Of a stretch of DNA of 64,000 nucleotides, positions 55,526-64,000 are shown in pieces. The notes below the pieces were generated by a model that was not told where the DNA came from, ran no database searches, and was given only the letters and a program-made list of their open reading frames with translations. The DNA comes from Acinetobacter phage SH-Ab 15599. The DNA lies in sequence record MH517022.1, one strand, 5' to 3'. Each line of letters opens with the position of its first letter. Positions within the stretch are counted from its first letter, which is position 1. Both the position numbers and the translations under genes were made by a program.

Positions 55526-58327
55526 TTAAACCATTTGGATTATTAAATTTCCCGATTCCACAGTCACAGATACAGCGGTTGGGTTAGTGTGGTAGACAGT
55601 GAAATTGTCAACAGAAGTTACTTCGGCATAAAACCTAGTTCCGCCTTTCGGTTTATCCATTTCAACCGCTAATCTATCGCCAAGTTTTAAACCAGTTATA
55701 GTTCCTGTTCGAGCTACAACTGTAGCTCCCGCGGATAAAGCTGCAGGAGAATACAATAATTTTACTGGCTTAGCTTCTATTACTCTTAAAACAGCATCTG
55801 TACCGACTACACCAGCTTGCTCCACTATATACTTATAAGGCGCACCAGCACCAGCGCCTAAATTATAAACATAATCATTAGCACTAACCTTGGCGCCAGT
55901 AATTAAGGTTCCAGCCTGCCATTCTCTGTTTCGCCCAGAGCACTTAATAGAAGAACCACCGCTTACTGCAACTGTAATCGTTCCAGATACAACATCATAA
56001 GAATCTAATTCTACTGGGTCTGAAATGGGATTAGAGTTGTTTACTAGGAAATTGTTTGAATAAGAAGGATCCAATACCATAATCTTTCCTACTTTTAGCG
56101 TTTTGCCTAAACTAGCAGTATTAGCAGATGAAACAACGCAGTAAGAATTTCCATGTTCAGTTACGATAATCTCATCAACTATTGTATTTAAAGCTAATTC
56201 ATTTCTTAAAGCTGTTCTAAATACGGTGTTGGAACTAGTGACTCCATATCTAATACATTCCATTCTACCCACTTTAGTATTTTTGGGTAATTTGGATGGA
56301 TCATTACCCGTTCCGATGACATTAACTGGATTAATTTTGGAATCTTTACTTATTAAATTATCAACTACTACATTGTTGGCTAAATTTCTGACGTATAAAC
56401 TAGAATAGAAATATTGACTTTCTGCATTTATTACTCTAAAATTACCTCCTCCGTTATCTCCGTTTATGAGAATATTAGACGCATTTCCAGTTTCTAATTT
56501 GCCAAAACAATTAATTGCCTCCACTAAACCAGAAATCTTAGCTAGATAATCGTCTGGAGTTGGAGTAAAACCAGCATTAGTAGTATCGTCAACAGTTGCA
56601 TATAGAGCATTGCCAAGCATACCTATACCTAAAGCATAAGAAGTTCCTTGTATTGAACCCACTTGGATATTTCTCATTCTATTCCTCTTGTCTTTCTCAT
56701 TTGCGTAAGCAAATCCTAGATCGCCAGCAGTTAAGAATAATAGACCTTTCCCTGTTATAGTATGATCCAAAATAGATCCTTCAATCTTTCCAATCTTAAT
56801 ATCGTAACCAGCAGAAATCAAAACCACTCCGGAATAATCATTAGTGTCGCAAGTTAAATTTCCAGCAGAAATTTCCTCGATTATACAATCGTGAGGGTGA
56901 GTAGTAGGTAACCAACCAACCTTATGTCTGTAGGTTCCGTTGTCATTATAATGATCTTGGAAGTTGCCCCAATGAGCCATAAAGACTCTACCAATAACTG
57001 CAGAATCGCCGCATTCGATCCTCTTTCCCCTAACTAGATTCGCTCCCCCAGCCATCACAAATCCATTACAATTAAAATGCCCCCCCTTTAAGATTAGGGT
57101 GTCAAAATAAAAACCAGAAATTTGTGGTTCTCTATTAGTGAAACTATCTATTCTGACGTGACACTTTTCTCCCCACCCTACAGTTGGATTTCCCATGTCT
57201 ACTGTAAGAGTTCCAATTATTCTAACATTAGATTCCGGAGCTAAACCAGATGCACTAGCACTTTGACTTGCGGCGCCTACTTGCTTTAGTGTTGAATTGT
57301 TACTAAACCATACCAAACCACTTTTAGGTTTAAATTCTTGATTAACTTCGTATACTTTTTCAGAAGTTAATAGAATACCATTGTTAGCTACTGCATAATC
57401 GGAAGCTAAGATAATATCGTCTCCAAACATCTCTGGTAGGACAATTAATTTCGATCTGATATCAAAATAACTTTTAGCTGTAATACCGTTCCACTCAACC
57501 AACTCTGAGTTAGTCGTTTTAAACTTCCAACCCGTCATATCTACATTAGGATTTTTCTTGTTACCATTTACAGTAGAATACACTTCCCCCGTATTGTTGT
57601 CAAGACGGATCACTGCCCCAAACGGATAACCACCTATTTTAAGGAATTTGTCTTCCCAATAGTTCTCATTGGTAACTCGGACAAGATCCAATTTTTCATC
57701 CAGTTTATCTCTGGTATAGGTCTTATTTTCCAATAGCGCTGCAATACCATCTGCACTTAATGTCTCAGATTTAGTATAGACATTCGTTTTGTCAGCTTTT
57801 GAATCGTATAAATCTTGAATAACTGGACTCAAATCTGGAATCTTATCATAAGATGGTAACTGTTCTTGAATAATTTTACCATCTTCTCCAAGCGTAGCCT
57901 TTGAACGCTCAAGTTGATCAGTACGCGTTACCATATCATGACGAGCTTCATTAGCTACATCATTTAGAGCAGTTTCAAATTCTGGATAAGAACCGAGAGA
58001 TGGTAGTTGATTTGTAGGGACCTTCCCTTCAACCAAGTCAGCTTTACGAGCTGCTACATCATCGGTATATGCTTCTGCGTAGTCTTTAGCAGTTTGAAGA
58101 TTATTGGTTAGAGCAAGATCAACCTGAGAGAGTTTGAGGTTGACTTCTTGAATATGTTGACTAATGAAGTCTGGCAGTTGAGATGAAACTAATTTGTTGT
58201 CATCCCCCAAATCAGCTTTTTTAACCAAACCTGCGCTCAATTGCTCCTTTGTAGCAAAGAAGCTTGCAATCTCACCTTCCATGGTGAGTTCGCTTATCAA
58301 GCATTCCAATCTTAGAGTCTGTGTCAT
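55526..58327 (-). CDS. tail fibre / tailspike 1 with a parallel beta-helix-like central region
   Basis: N-terminal repeats KADLVEGKVPTNQLP / EDGKIIQEQLPSYDKIP shared with the other two fibres. Gly/Asn-rich beta-helix-type repeats. 933 aa. Confidence 0.75.
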   Translation of the reverse strand: MTQTLRLECLISELTMEGEIASFFATKEQLSAGLVKKADLGDDNKLVSSQLPDFISQHIQEVNLKLSQVDLALTNNLQTAKDYAEAYTDDVAARKADLVEGKVPTNQLPSLGSYPEFETALNDVANEARHDMVTRTDQLERSKATLGEDGKIIQEQLPSYDKIPDLSPVIQDLYDSKADKTNVYTKSETLSADGIAALLENKTYTRDKLDEKLDLVRVTNENYWEDKFLKIGGYPFGAVIRLDNNTGEVYSTVNGNKKNPNVDMTGWKFKTTNSELVEWNGITAKSYFDIRSKLIVLPEMFGDDIILASDYAVANNGILLTSEKVYEVNQEFKPKSGLVWFSNNSTLKQVGAASQSASASGLAPESNVRIIGTLTVDMGNPTVGWGEKCHVRIDSFTNREPQISGFYFDTLILKGGHFNCNGFVMAGGANLVRGKRIECGDSAVIGRVFMAHWGNFQDHYNDNGTYRHKVGWLPTTHPHDCIIEEISAGNLTCDTNDYSGVVLISAGYDIKIGKIEGSILDHTITGKGLLFLTAGDLGFAYANEKDKRNRMRNIQVGSIQGTSYALGIGMLGNALYATVDDTTNAGFTPTPDDYLAKISGLVEAINCFGKLETGNASNILINGDNGGGNFRVINAESQYFYSSLYVRNLANNVVVDNLISKDSKINPVNVIGTGNDPSKLPKNTKVGRMECIRYGVTSSNTVFRTALRNELALNTIVDEIIVTEHGNSYCVVSSANTASLGKTLKVGKIMVLDPSYSNNFLVNNSNPISDPVELDSYDVVSGTITVAVSGGSSIKCSGRNREWQAGTLITGAKVSANDYVYNLGAGAGAPYKYIVEQAGVVGTDAVLRVIEAKPVKLLYSPAALSAGATVVARTGTITGLKLGDRLAVEMDKPKGGTRFYAEVTSVDNFTVYHTNPTAVSVTVESGNLIIQMV

Positions 58328-58348
58328 GAGGAGAAATCCGTAACTATT

Positions 58349-58365
58349 GAATTTCTCCTATTTAT
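58349..58365 (-). promoter_or_regulatory. late-promoter-like AACATAAATAGGAG, 31 nt upstream of the fibre start
   Basis: Plus strand reads ctcctatttatgtt. Confidence 0.3.
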
Positions 58366-58596
58366 GTTCTAAATGTAACTGTTGTTTGCCTCATATTACA
58401 ATAAATCCATGATGATCTTCCACTAAGCTTGAATGACGTCTTCCATGCGCCGTTTAGTAAAATATAAGAGTTATACCCTGACCCGCTTTACGCAATTAAC
58501 CCAATAGATATACGTCAACTACATGAACTTTTAGCCACTCCAGAATCATTCCAACAAATTCCACTATAGAACATCCTATATAAGTTTTACTTATAA

Positions 58597-58620
58597 TAGC
58601 AAAAAACCCCCGAAGGGGTT
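58597..58620 (-). terminator. rho-independent terminator (AACCCC-TTCG-GGGGTT plus TTTTTTGC on the minus strand)
   Basis: Located after the stop of the 58626 gene. Confidence 0.65.
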
Positions 58621-58625
58621 AGTTA

Positions 58626-61019
58626 TTAACTTGTAGCAGTAAAGGCGACTGTAAACCTATGCGGGTCAACCAGCGTCCCCGCTGCATCGCGCCAAAATAC
58701 CTTAAATCCCGCTGCTTCGGTGAAAGAAGTCCATGATCCAGGATATGTTTCAATCATTTGAACTCCATGAGTAGCACCTGTTCCAGTCCCCAAACGAGAA
58801 CCCATTAAGGGTGAGCCAACAACAATATGCCCATTTGTGATTACTGATGTATTTCCAGAAACTCGTTCAACTCGGTATACTCCTGTTGACTCTTTTACGA
58901 TCTGCCATCCGTTGTTATTTTGAGGTGTGCTGAATGACTGATCATAAGTCAGCATCATTGGTGCATAGAATGCACCCGCATTATTTGAGCCGTGGTTATA
59001 TGTTCCCCACTTGCGAGAAAGCTTTGTATAGGTGTCTGATGCAAGGTATTGTGCTCCAGAGCCATCTGCGCCAATAACACGTCTCTTAACTAATGGTGTT
59101 ACGGTAGATGAACTAATGTGCGTTTCATCAATCGTTGCATTGCCAGTCTTAAAGCCACTTGGCAGCATAAGCATTTTTGCCTTATTGCCAGCATTCACAA
59201 TAGCGATACCTTCTGCACTGACTGAAACACCACCATAGTTATTTGTTGGTAAGGAGTCCAAAGTGGGCGAAGTTTTTGATGTCCACCCGCCTAATAGTTT
59301 CGTGTATGCATAAAAGCTATTTCCATAACAGCTATTGGTTCCAGTAACCTCCAGCCAATCTTTAGATGTCTCTGTCTTTAGGTTTTCACACCAAAATTTA
59401 CCAAAACCGCAATGTGCTACTGTTCGAGCCTTGATACCTCCATTCATGCTTTCAAAAATAATATTTCCAAAATCACATCCATGAATATCTCTATCGAAAA
59501 TCATCGAATAGCCATCACCTAACTGGAAATAAATATTGTGGAATGTTCCAGTTGTGCTAACTCGGTTCAATGGGTCTTCACAATAAATTCCAGCATTTCG
59601 CGAGTAATATAGCCAAGCATTTGTGAAATTGAATCCCACAAGTGCTTGCTTAACAACAATTTGATTATAAAAATTAACAAGGGTAATGTGGTCAATATTA
59701 GCTAAGTACCCATCTATTTCAATGAATGATACTTGCTTGCCAGCGCCATTTGAACATCGAGCTGTTACATTCTGGATTGTAGGTCCGCAGTTAATGAATG
59801 CCGACTTGTTTGTAAGTGATGGAGAGCTACCATCCACATCAATACAACCAAGATTGTAGTAAAATTCGGAAACTTTCCCACAACCGTTACCAACCAAACC
59901 CTTACCTTTAAGGTCTACTTGGTTTTTTATTATGTATCGACCTTTTGCACCCAGATATAAATTTTGTCCAGTCAATGGACTATCACAGTAGGCCTGAAAA
60001 GCGGCACTATCATCAGTAATACCATCACCCTTTGCTCCAAAATTATCAACAGTAATAACATTTCCGTTAATTACTGATTGCGACAATCCGAAAAGATCGT
60101 CAAAAATATTCTTTGTAGAGTTAACCTTAACCCATCCCGTCATATCCACATTTGGGTCTGTGGTATTGTTTGGCATTGTATTTTTAACGATATCCCCATT
60201 TTCCAACATTACTCTGTCATTTAGAGCGTATCCACCAGATTTCGATTTCCATTTATAATCAATCTGAGACGTATGATAAATTTTCGATGACCAACCAGTA
60301 GTATTAACGTTTGGATTAGCTGCATTATCATCAACATTGTTAACGTATTCCACTCCGCTATCCAACAATATTCTAGAACCCTTTTTATAAGGCGCAAGAG
60401 TTGAGACATATAACGGAGTTTCGCCTTTATTATAATGAACAATAGCGCTTTCAGAAGCTTCCAAACGATTATCAAAATCATTTACTTGTGCATTGACCTG
60501 TTGTTCAAACTCGGAGAATGTATTATCAATATACTCTCTTTGTTCATTTACTTTGCTATCAACGTAAATTTTTGTATTGTTTTCTGATGTACCGATAGCT
60601 TGCATAAGAGTTTGATTGCCAGCGTCAATCTCTTGACGCACCTCGGTAAACTCATTTGCAATATTTTGTTCAAAATTTACTGGATATGGTAATTGTTGAT
60701 GAGGGATTTTCCCTTCAACAAGATCAGCTTTTTTAGCCAACTCAGTTGATAATTTGGTGTCTGTATAGGATTGAGAGTCCGTTACGGCTTGGGTTTTACT
60801 AGCAACGATATCTTCCTCAATATCTTCAAATTTTTCCGGTAAACCAGCAATCTGATCGTAATCTGGTAATTGAGAAGCGACAATTTTTCCATCTTCGCCT
60901 AAAGAGACGCGCTTGGATAATTCACTATCTACATAATCTTTAGTTGGGAATTCAGACGCAATAACCCCATTAGGGTCAAGATCGTCAATGGCTACTTCGA
61001 TTTTAAGTGTCTTTGACAT
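58626..61019 (-). CDS. tailspike 2 with a pectate-lyase-superfamily beta-helix (putative polysaccharide depolymerase)
   Basis: DNFGAKGDGITDDSAAFQAY hallmark of pectate lyase 3 / P22-like tailspikes. N-terminal fibre repeats. Start may be 61034 (longest ORF) or 61019, which is favoured by the spacing of the CATAAATA motif at 61047-61054. Confidence 0.75.
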   Translation of the reverse strand: MSKTLKIEVAIDDLDPNGVIASEFPTKDYVDSELSKRVSLGEDGKIVASQLPDYDQIAGLPEKFEDIEEDIVASKTQAVTDSQSYTDTKLSTELAKKADLVEGKIPHQQLPYPVNFEQNIANEFTEVRQEIDAGNQTLMQAIGTSENNTKIYVDSKVNEQREYIDNTFSEFEQQVNAQVNDFDNRLEASESAIVHYNKGETPLYVSTLAPYKKGSRILLDSGVEYVNNVDDNAANPNVNTTGWSSKIYHTSQIDYKWKSKSGGYALNDRVMLENGDIVKNTMPNNTTDPNVDMTGWVKVNSTKNIFDDLFGLSQSVINGNVITVDNFGAKGDGITDDSAAFQAYCDSPLTGQNLYLGAKGRYIIKNQVDLKGKGLVGNGCGKVSEFYYNLGCIDVDGSSPSLTNKSAFINCGPTIQNVTARCSNGAGKQVSFIEIDGYLANIDHITLVNFYNQIVVKQALVGFNFTNAWLYYSRNAGIYCEDPLNRVSTTGTFHNIYFQLGDGYSMIFDRDIHGCDFGNIIFESMNGGIKARTVAHCGFGKFWCENLKTETSKDWLEVTGTNSCYGNSFYAYTKLLGGWTSKTSPTLDSLPTNNYGGVSVSAEGIAIVNAGNKAKMLMLPSGFKTGNATIDETHISSSTVTPLVKRRVIGADGSGAQYLASDTYTKLSRKWGTYNHGSNNAGAFYAPMMLTYDQSFSTPQNNNGWQIVKESTGVYRVERVSGNTSVITNGHIVVGSPLMGSRLGTGTGATHGVQMIETYPGSWTSFTEAAGFKVFWRDAAGTLVDPHRFTVAFTATS

Positions 61020-61046
61020 GGGAGTGGATTCCATAAACGTTTGAAC

Positions 61047-61054
61047 TATTTATG
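61047..61054 (-). promoter_or_regulatory. late-promoter-like CATAAATA upstream of tailspike 2
   Basis: Plus strand reads tatttatg. Confidence 0.3.
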
Positions 61055-61069
61055 GAATCCACTTTTCAA

Positions 61070-63949
61070 TTAGTACATCATGCGTTTAATAATTTCGCTG
61101 CAGATGTAGTTCGATTGTAAAAGTTTACCAGCTGCATTAGGGTGTAGACCGTCTCTCAAGAATGTGCCGGCATCTGGGTCTGTTGGATTCGCCTTCCAAA
61201 CTTCTAATTCTTTAATAATTCCAGAATTAGCATATTGGTCAATTACATTAAACCCATATTGACGAGCCATTCTTGCAAGGTTCGTATTCAAATCTTTTCG
61301 AGCTTGTGTCTCAAGATCAGCGCGTTGTAAAGGTAAGCAATAGAAGCAGACCGCATTTGGCCATTTCTGTCTTAAAGTCCATAACGCCCAACGCATAGAT
61401 TCCAAAGTAAGCGCTCTGTTTAAATCATCCAGAGTTGGTTTGCTCATAGCAGTATCAAAATCACCTAGATTCACGCCTGCATCATTTGTGCCACAAGCAA
61501 GTACAATAACCCCTGGATTAAATCCGCTAGCAATAGCAGTATTGATTTGATGAGAAATCTTCTGCCATGTTAACTGCCCCGCATATTCCCTGAAAGCAGC
61601 TCCGCTTCTACCAACGTTCATATAACCGCCCATTTTCAGGGTAACATATGCATAGGTTGGCCAGTTAGGATACCAGTTAGGATCATAATACATTCCATTT
61701 TCAACATCGCAAGTTACTGTAATGGAATCTCCAATCATCAAATAAGAAGCACCAAATGCTCTTGAAACCATTGAGCTGGAACCACCGCCACTTTCGCCGC
61801 CTCTGATGATATCAACGCCGTTTATACCAGATATGCCTGGTTTAAATGCTTCATATGCGGTTGCAACAGTTCCAGATTCGATTTGTGTGGCGCTAATATC
61901 GAAAATTGTAGCAGTACGTTGAAGTAAACTCACTTGGAACCATTTAGCATTTGCTGGAACCGTAATTGTATAGAAAGAATCTGGATTTGGGACTTGAGCT
62001 TTTAAAATAAGCGTATTGTTCGCATCTAGGAATCTGTAATATCTAGGAATTTCTGGGTTTGGTTGAAGACCACTCAATGTAATATTTTGTAAACCACTCA
62101 CATTGATCAAATCTGTCGTAATACTTTGAGCCTGTGGTAATAAAGTACCATCACCATACACTTCAGTGCCCATAAGGATAGTGGCAGGGTTGAGAAGGTT
62201 TTTTGCTATTGCCTCATACCCGAGTTTTAAGTCAGTCTGTTTTATATGACTGCCATGAATACCAATCACATCTCCTTTACTGAATGCAGTATAGGAAGTT
62301 ATCACGCTTCCATATTCAATTTGAGCTGTAGAAGTATTCAAAGGATCTGAGTTACGTTGTTTGATAGACAACTGGAACCAAACAGCGTTAGCTGGTACCG
62401 TAAGAACTCTTTGATTGACTAAACCAATACTCGTTATTGTACCGACTAGATTCTCATCTTTATCTAAAAATCTGTAAAGACGCCCAATTTGAGGGTTTAG
62501 TTGTAGACCAGATATTGCAATTGAAGACGCACCTCTTACATCGATATAATCAGTTGTTACACTGTTCGCCTCAGCTATCAATCCAAGCGTAGCGTGCAAT
62601 TCATATCCCACTAAAAGATTCTGTGTATCCAAAATATTCTTAGTGGTAGAAGCGTAAATTGGGTGGGTGAGAGTTTTGATCGAATTTTTGATTGTATTAA
62701 CAATATTAGTAGTCAATACAGAGTCATCGCTATAATAAGTCCAAGGAGTCCAAACATTTGCTGTATCGCATAAACGCATTGCGAAAGCTTTAGCATTCAT
62801 ACACACTACCATCTGACAAACTACCGTTGCAGATACTGGCAATACAAATAATTGACCCCATTGGTTGGTATAACTTGGTTTATTAGCGCAACTATTCCAA
62901 ACTGTACCGCTCACAAACGTATGAAGACCGTATGTTTTCAGTGAGTTGAAGTCGACTGCTGAAGAAATTACCATTGGATTAAACATTCTGTTAGAATCCG
63001 CATAACTCTTAGCTAAAGCATATGGATCATAAGCAGATTTAGAGAACGCTGTACCATTCCACTGCCAATCTCCGTTGTTAGAGGCAGTTGAGTCATTCGT
63101 TACTGTGATTTTAGAATTGACTGGTAGAGTCGCTTTGTTAGCGTCCATCTCCGCATATGTTTTATAAGCTTTGTTGCCAGTACCAATAGCATTGATCTGA
63201 GCTTGTAGAACATTTTCTTGAGATACTGCTCTGTCTCGTTCTTCTATAATAGTATTGTTAATTTTCAATACCTGAGCGTCGGTATCGGTTTTATTGTAAA
63301 CGTCGGTTATATTAGCTTTGTTCGCAACTTTATTGTTTGTAGAGATCATATATGAATTAAAATCATTATTCATATTCTCTTGAAAATCATTTTGTTGATC
63401 CGTAATTGTTTCAACAAAATGATTTAATTCAGCATCTCTGGTAACGCCATCTGGAATTACAGTAATTGGTAACTTTCCAGACGCGTCCATCTTAGGAACT
63501 TTTACGCTGAGCTCATCGACTTTTGAATCAGTATATTGTTTAGATGCCAACTTCGCTGCGTCAACAGCCTCTTTAGCCCCAGGAACGTGTTTGAATTCAG
63601 TTGCTTGAGTATTTGGTACGCGGCCAGATACCAAGTCGGCTTTATTCTGAAGACCTGCAGTCATTTGTTGTCCGAGATTTTGAGACGCAGTTGCAACCTT
63701 TGTATCAGTCTCATCTCTCAATGTAGTTGCCAACTCATCAAATTTTTGAGTAACGCCGTTTAGATTTTGAAAGTCTGGCAGCTGATCTGGATCAACCTTT
63801 CCATCTTGAAGCAAGTCAGCCTTCTTAGCTTGATCAACCTCATATTGAGATTGGGCTACATATTCTGAAAGAACAATGCCGTCATCCCCGACATCAGCCA
63901 CCACAACGTCTAGCTTTAAATTGTTATCGGCCATGATCAGCCTCTCCAC
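61070..63949 (-). CDS. tail fibre 3 with a C-terminal SGNH/GDSL hydrolase (esterase) domain
   Basis: C-terminal blocks IGDSIT (I), GTND (III) and DGLHPN (V). N-terminal KADLLQDGKVDPDQLPDF repeats. GGAGAGG RBS. Confidence 0.75.
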   Translation of the reverse strand: MERLIMADNNLKLDVVVADVGDDGIVLSEYVAQSQYEVDQAKKADLLQDGKVDPDQLPDFQNLNGVTQKFDELATTLRDETDTKVATASQNLGQQMTAGLQNKADLVSGRVPNTQATEFKHVPGAKEAVDAAKLASKQYTDSKVDELSVKVPKMDASGKLPITVIPDGVTRDAELNHFVETITDQQNDFQENMNNDFNSYMISTNNKVANKANITDVYNKTDTDAQVLKINNTIIEERDRAVSQENVLQAQINAIGTGNKAYKTYAEMDANKATLPVNSKITVTNDSTASNNGDWQWNGTAFSKSAYDPYALAKSYADSNRMFNPMVISSAVDFNSLKTYGLHTFVSGTVWNSCANKPSYTNQWGQLFVLPVSATVVCQMVVCMNAKAFAMRLCDTANVWTPWTYYSDDSVLTTNIVNTIKNSIKTLTHPIYASTTKNILDTQNLLVGYELHATLGLIAEANSVTTDYIDVRGASSIAISGLQLNPQIGRLYRFLDKDENLVGTITSIGLVNQRVLTVPANAVWFQLSIKQRNSDPLNTSTAQIEYGSVITSYTAFSKGDVIGIHGSHIKQTDLKLGYEAIAKNLLNPATILMGTEVYGDGTLLPQAQSITTDLINVSGLQNITLSGLQPNPEIPRYYRFLDANNTLILKAQVPNPDSFYTITVPANAKWFQVSLLQRTATIFDISATQIESGTVATAYEAFKPGISGINGVDIIRGGESGGGSSSMVSRAFGASYLMIGDSITVTCDVENGMYYDPNWYPNWPTYAYVTLKMGGYMNVGRSGAAFREYAGQLTWQKISHQINTAIASGFNPGVIVLACGTNDAGVNLGDFDTAMSKPTLDDLNRALTLESMRWALWTLRQKWPNAVCFYCLPLQRADLETQARKDLNTNLARMARQYGFNVIDQYANSGIIKELEVWKANPTDPDAGTFLRDGLHPNAAGKLLQSNYICSEIIKRMMY

Positions 63950-64000
63950 TAATTGAATACATCTTCAGTTGAAGATATTTAGGGAAATTGAGACATAAAA

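Noticed and set aside
1-64000. CRISPR arrays, integrase or transposase, reverse transcriptase or DGR, toxin-antitoxin pairs
   Set aside because: No direct-repeat/spacer periodicity and no integrase, transposase or RT motifs (YxDD, tyrosine recombinase R..HxxR..Y) were seen in any ORF.

Overview
The window is a segment of a T4-like (Straboviridae-type) myovirus genome, about 60% AT, with no sign of host chromosomal genes. Four modules run left to right.

(1) 1-11 kb is a plus-strand accessory region. It holds a 5'-truncated SPFH/band-7 gene, many small hypothetical genes that include two pairs of tandem paralogues, a duplicated winged-helix protein, and a tRNA cluster (tRNA-Arg TCT, tRNA-Asn GTT and a third, imperfect tRNA-Glu-like gene). 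An HNH homing endonuclease gene sits inside the tRNA cluster, next to about 1 kb of ORF-free GC-rich DNA that looks structured.

(2) 11-30 kb is a minus-strand morphogenesis block in T4 gene order: gp17 terminase large subunit, gp16 terminase small subunit, gp15-, gp14- and gp13-like proteins. Upstream lie a 1603-aa giant structural protein, two paralogous glycine-rich 800-900-aa structural proteins, a gp25-like wedge protein, a GH19-type muramidase, and a gp5-like hub whose lytic domain is a CHAP peptidase.

(3) 30-55 kb holds replication, nucleotide-metabolism and baseplate genes: dCMP deaminase, a P-loop NTPase, a DinG/XPD-like helicase, a DnaQ-like exonuclease, a gp29-like tape measure, a gp27-like hub, tail-tube-family proteins, a HAD nucleotidase, gp32 SSB, a RuvC-like resolvase, NrdB, an M15 endolysin, and an NrdA that carries a mini-intein at the catalytic cysteine plus a C-terminal glutaredoxin domain.

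(4) 55-64 kb encodes three large receptor-binding proteins on the minus strand: two beta-helix depolymerase-like tailspikes and a fibre with a C-terminal SGNH esterase domain.

Many rho-independent terminators are present, along with CATAAATA late-promoter-like motifs upstream of structural genes and a recurring composite intergenic element. I found no CRISPR array, reverse transcriptase or integrase. The most unusual loci are the NrdA intein and glutaredoxin fusion, the tRNA/HNH/structured-RNA island, the three cell-wall hydrolases split between virion and endolysin, and the small duplicated accessory genes.
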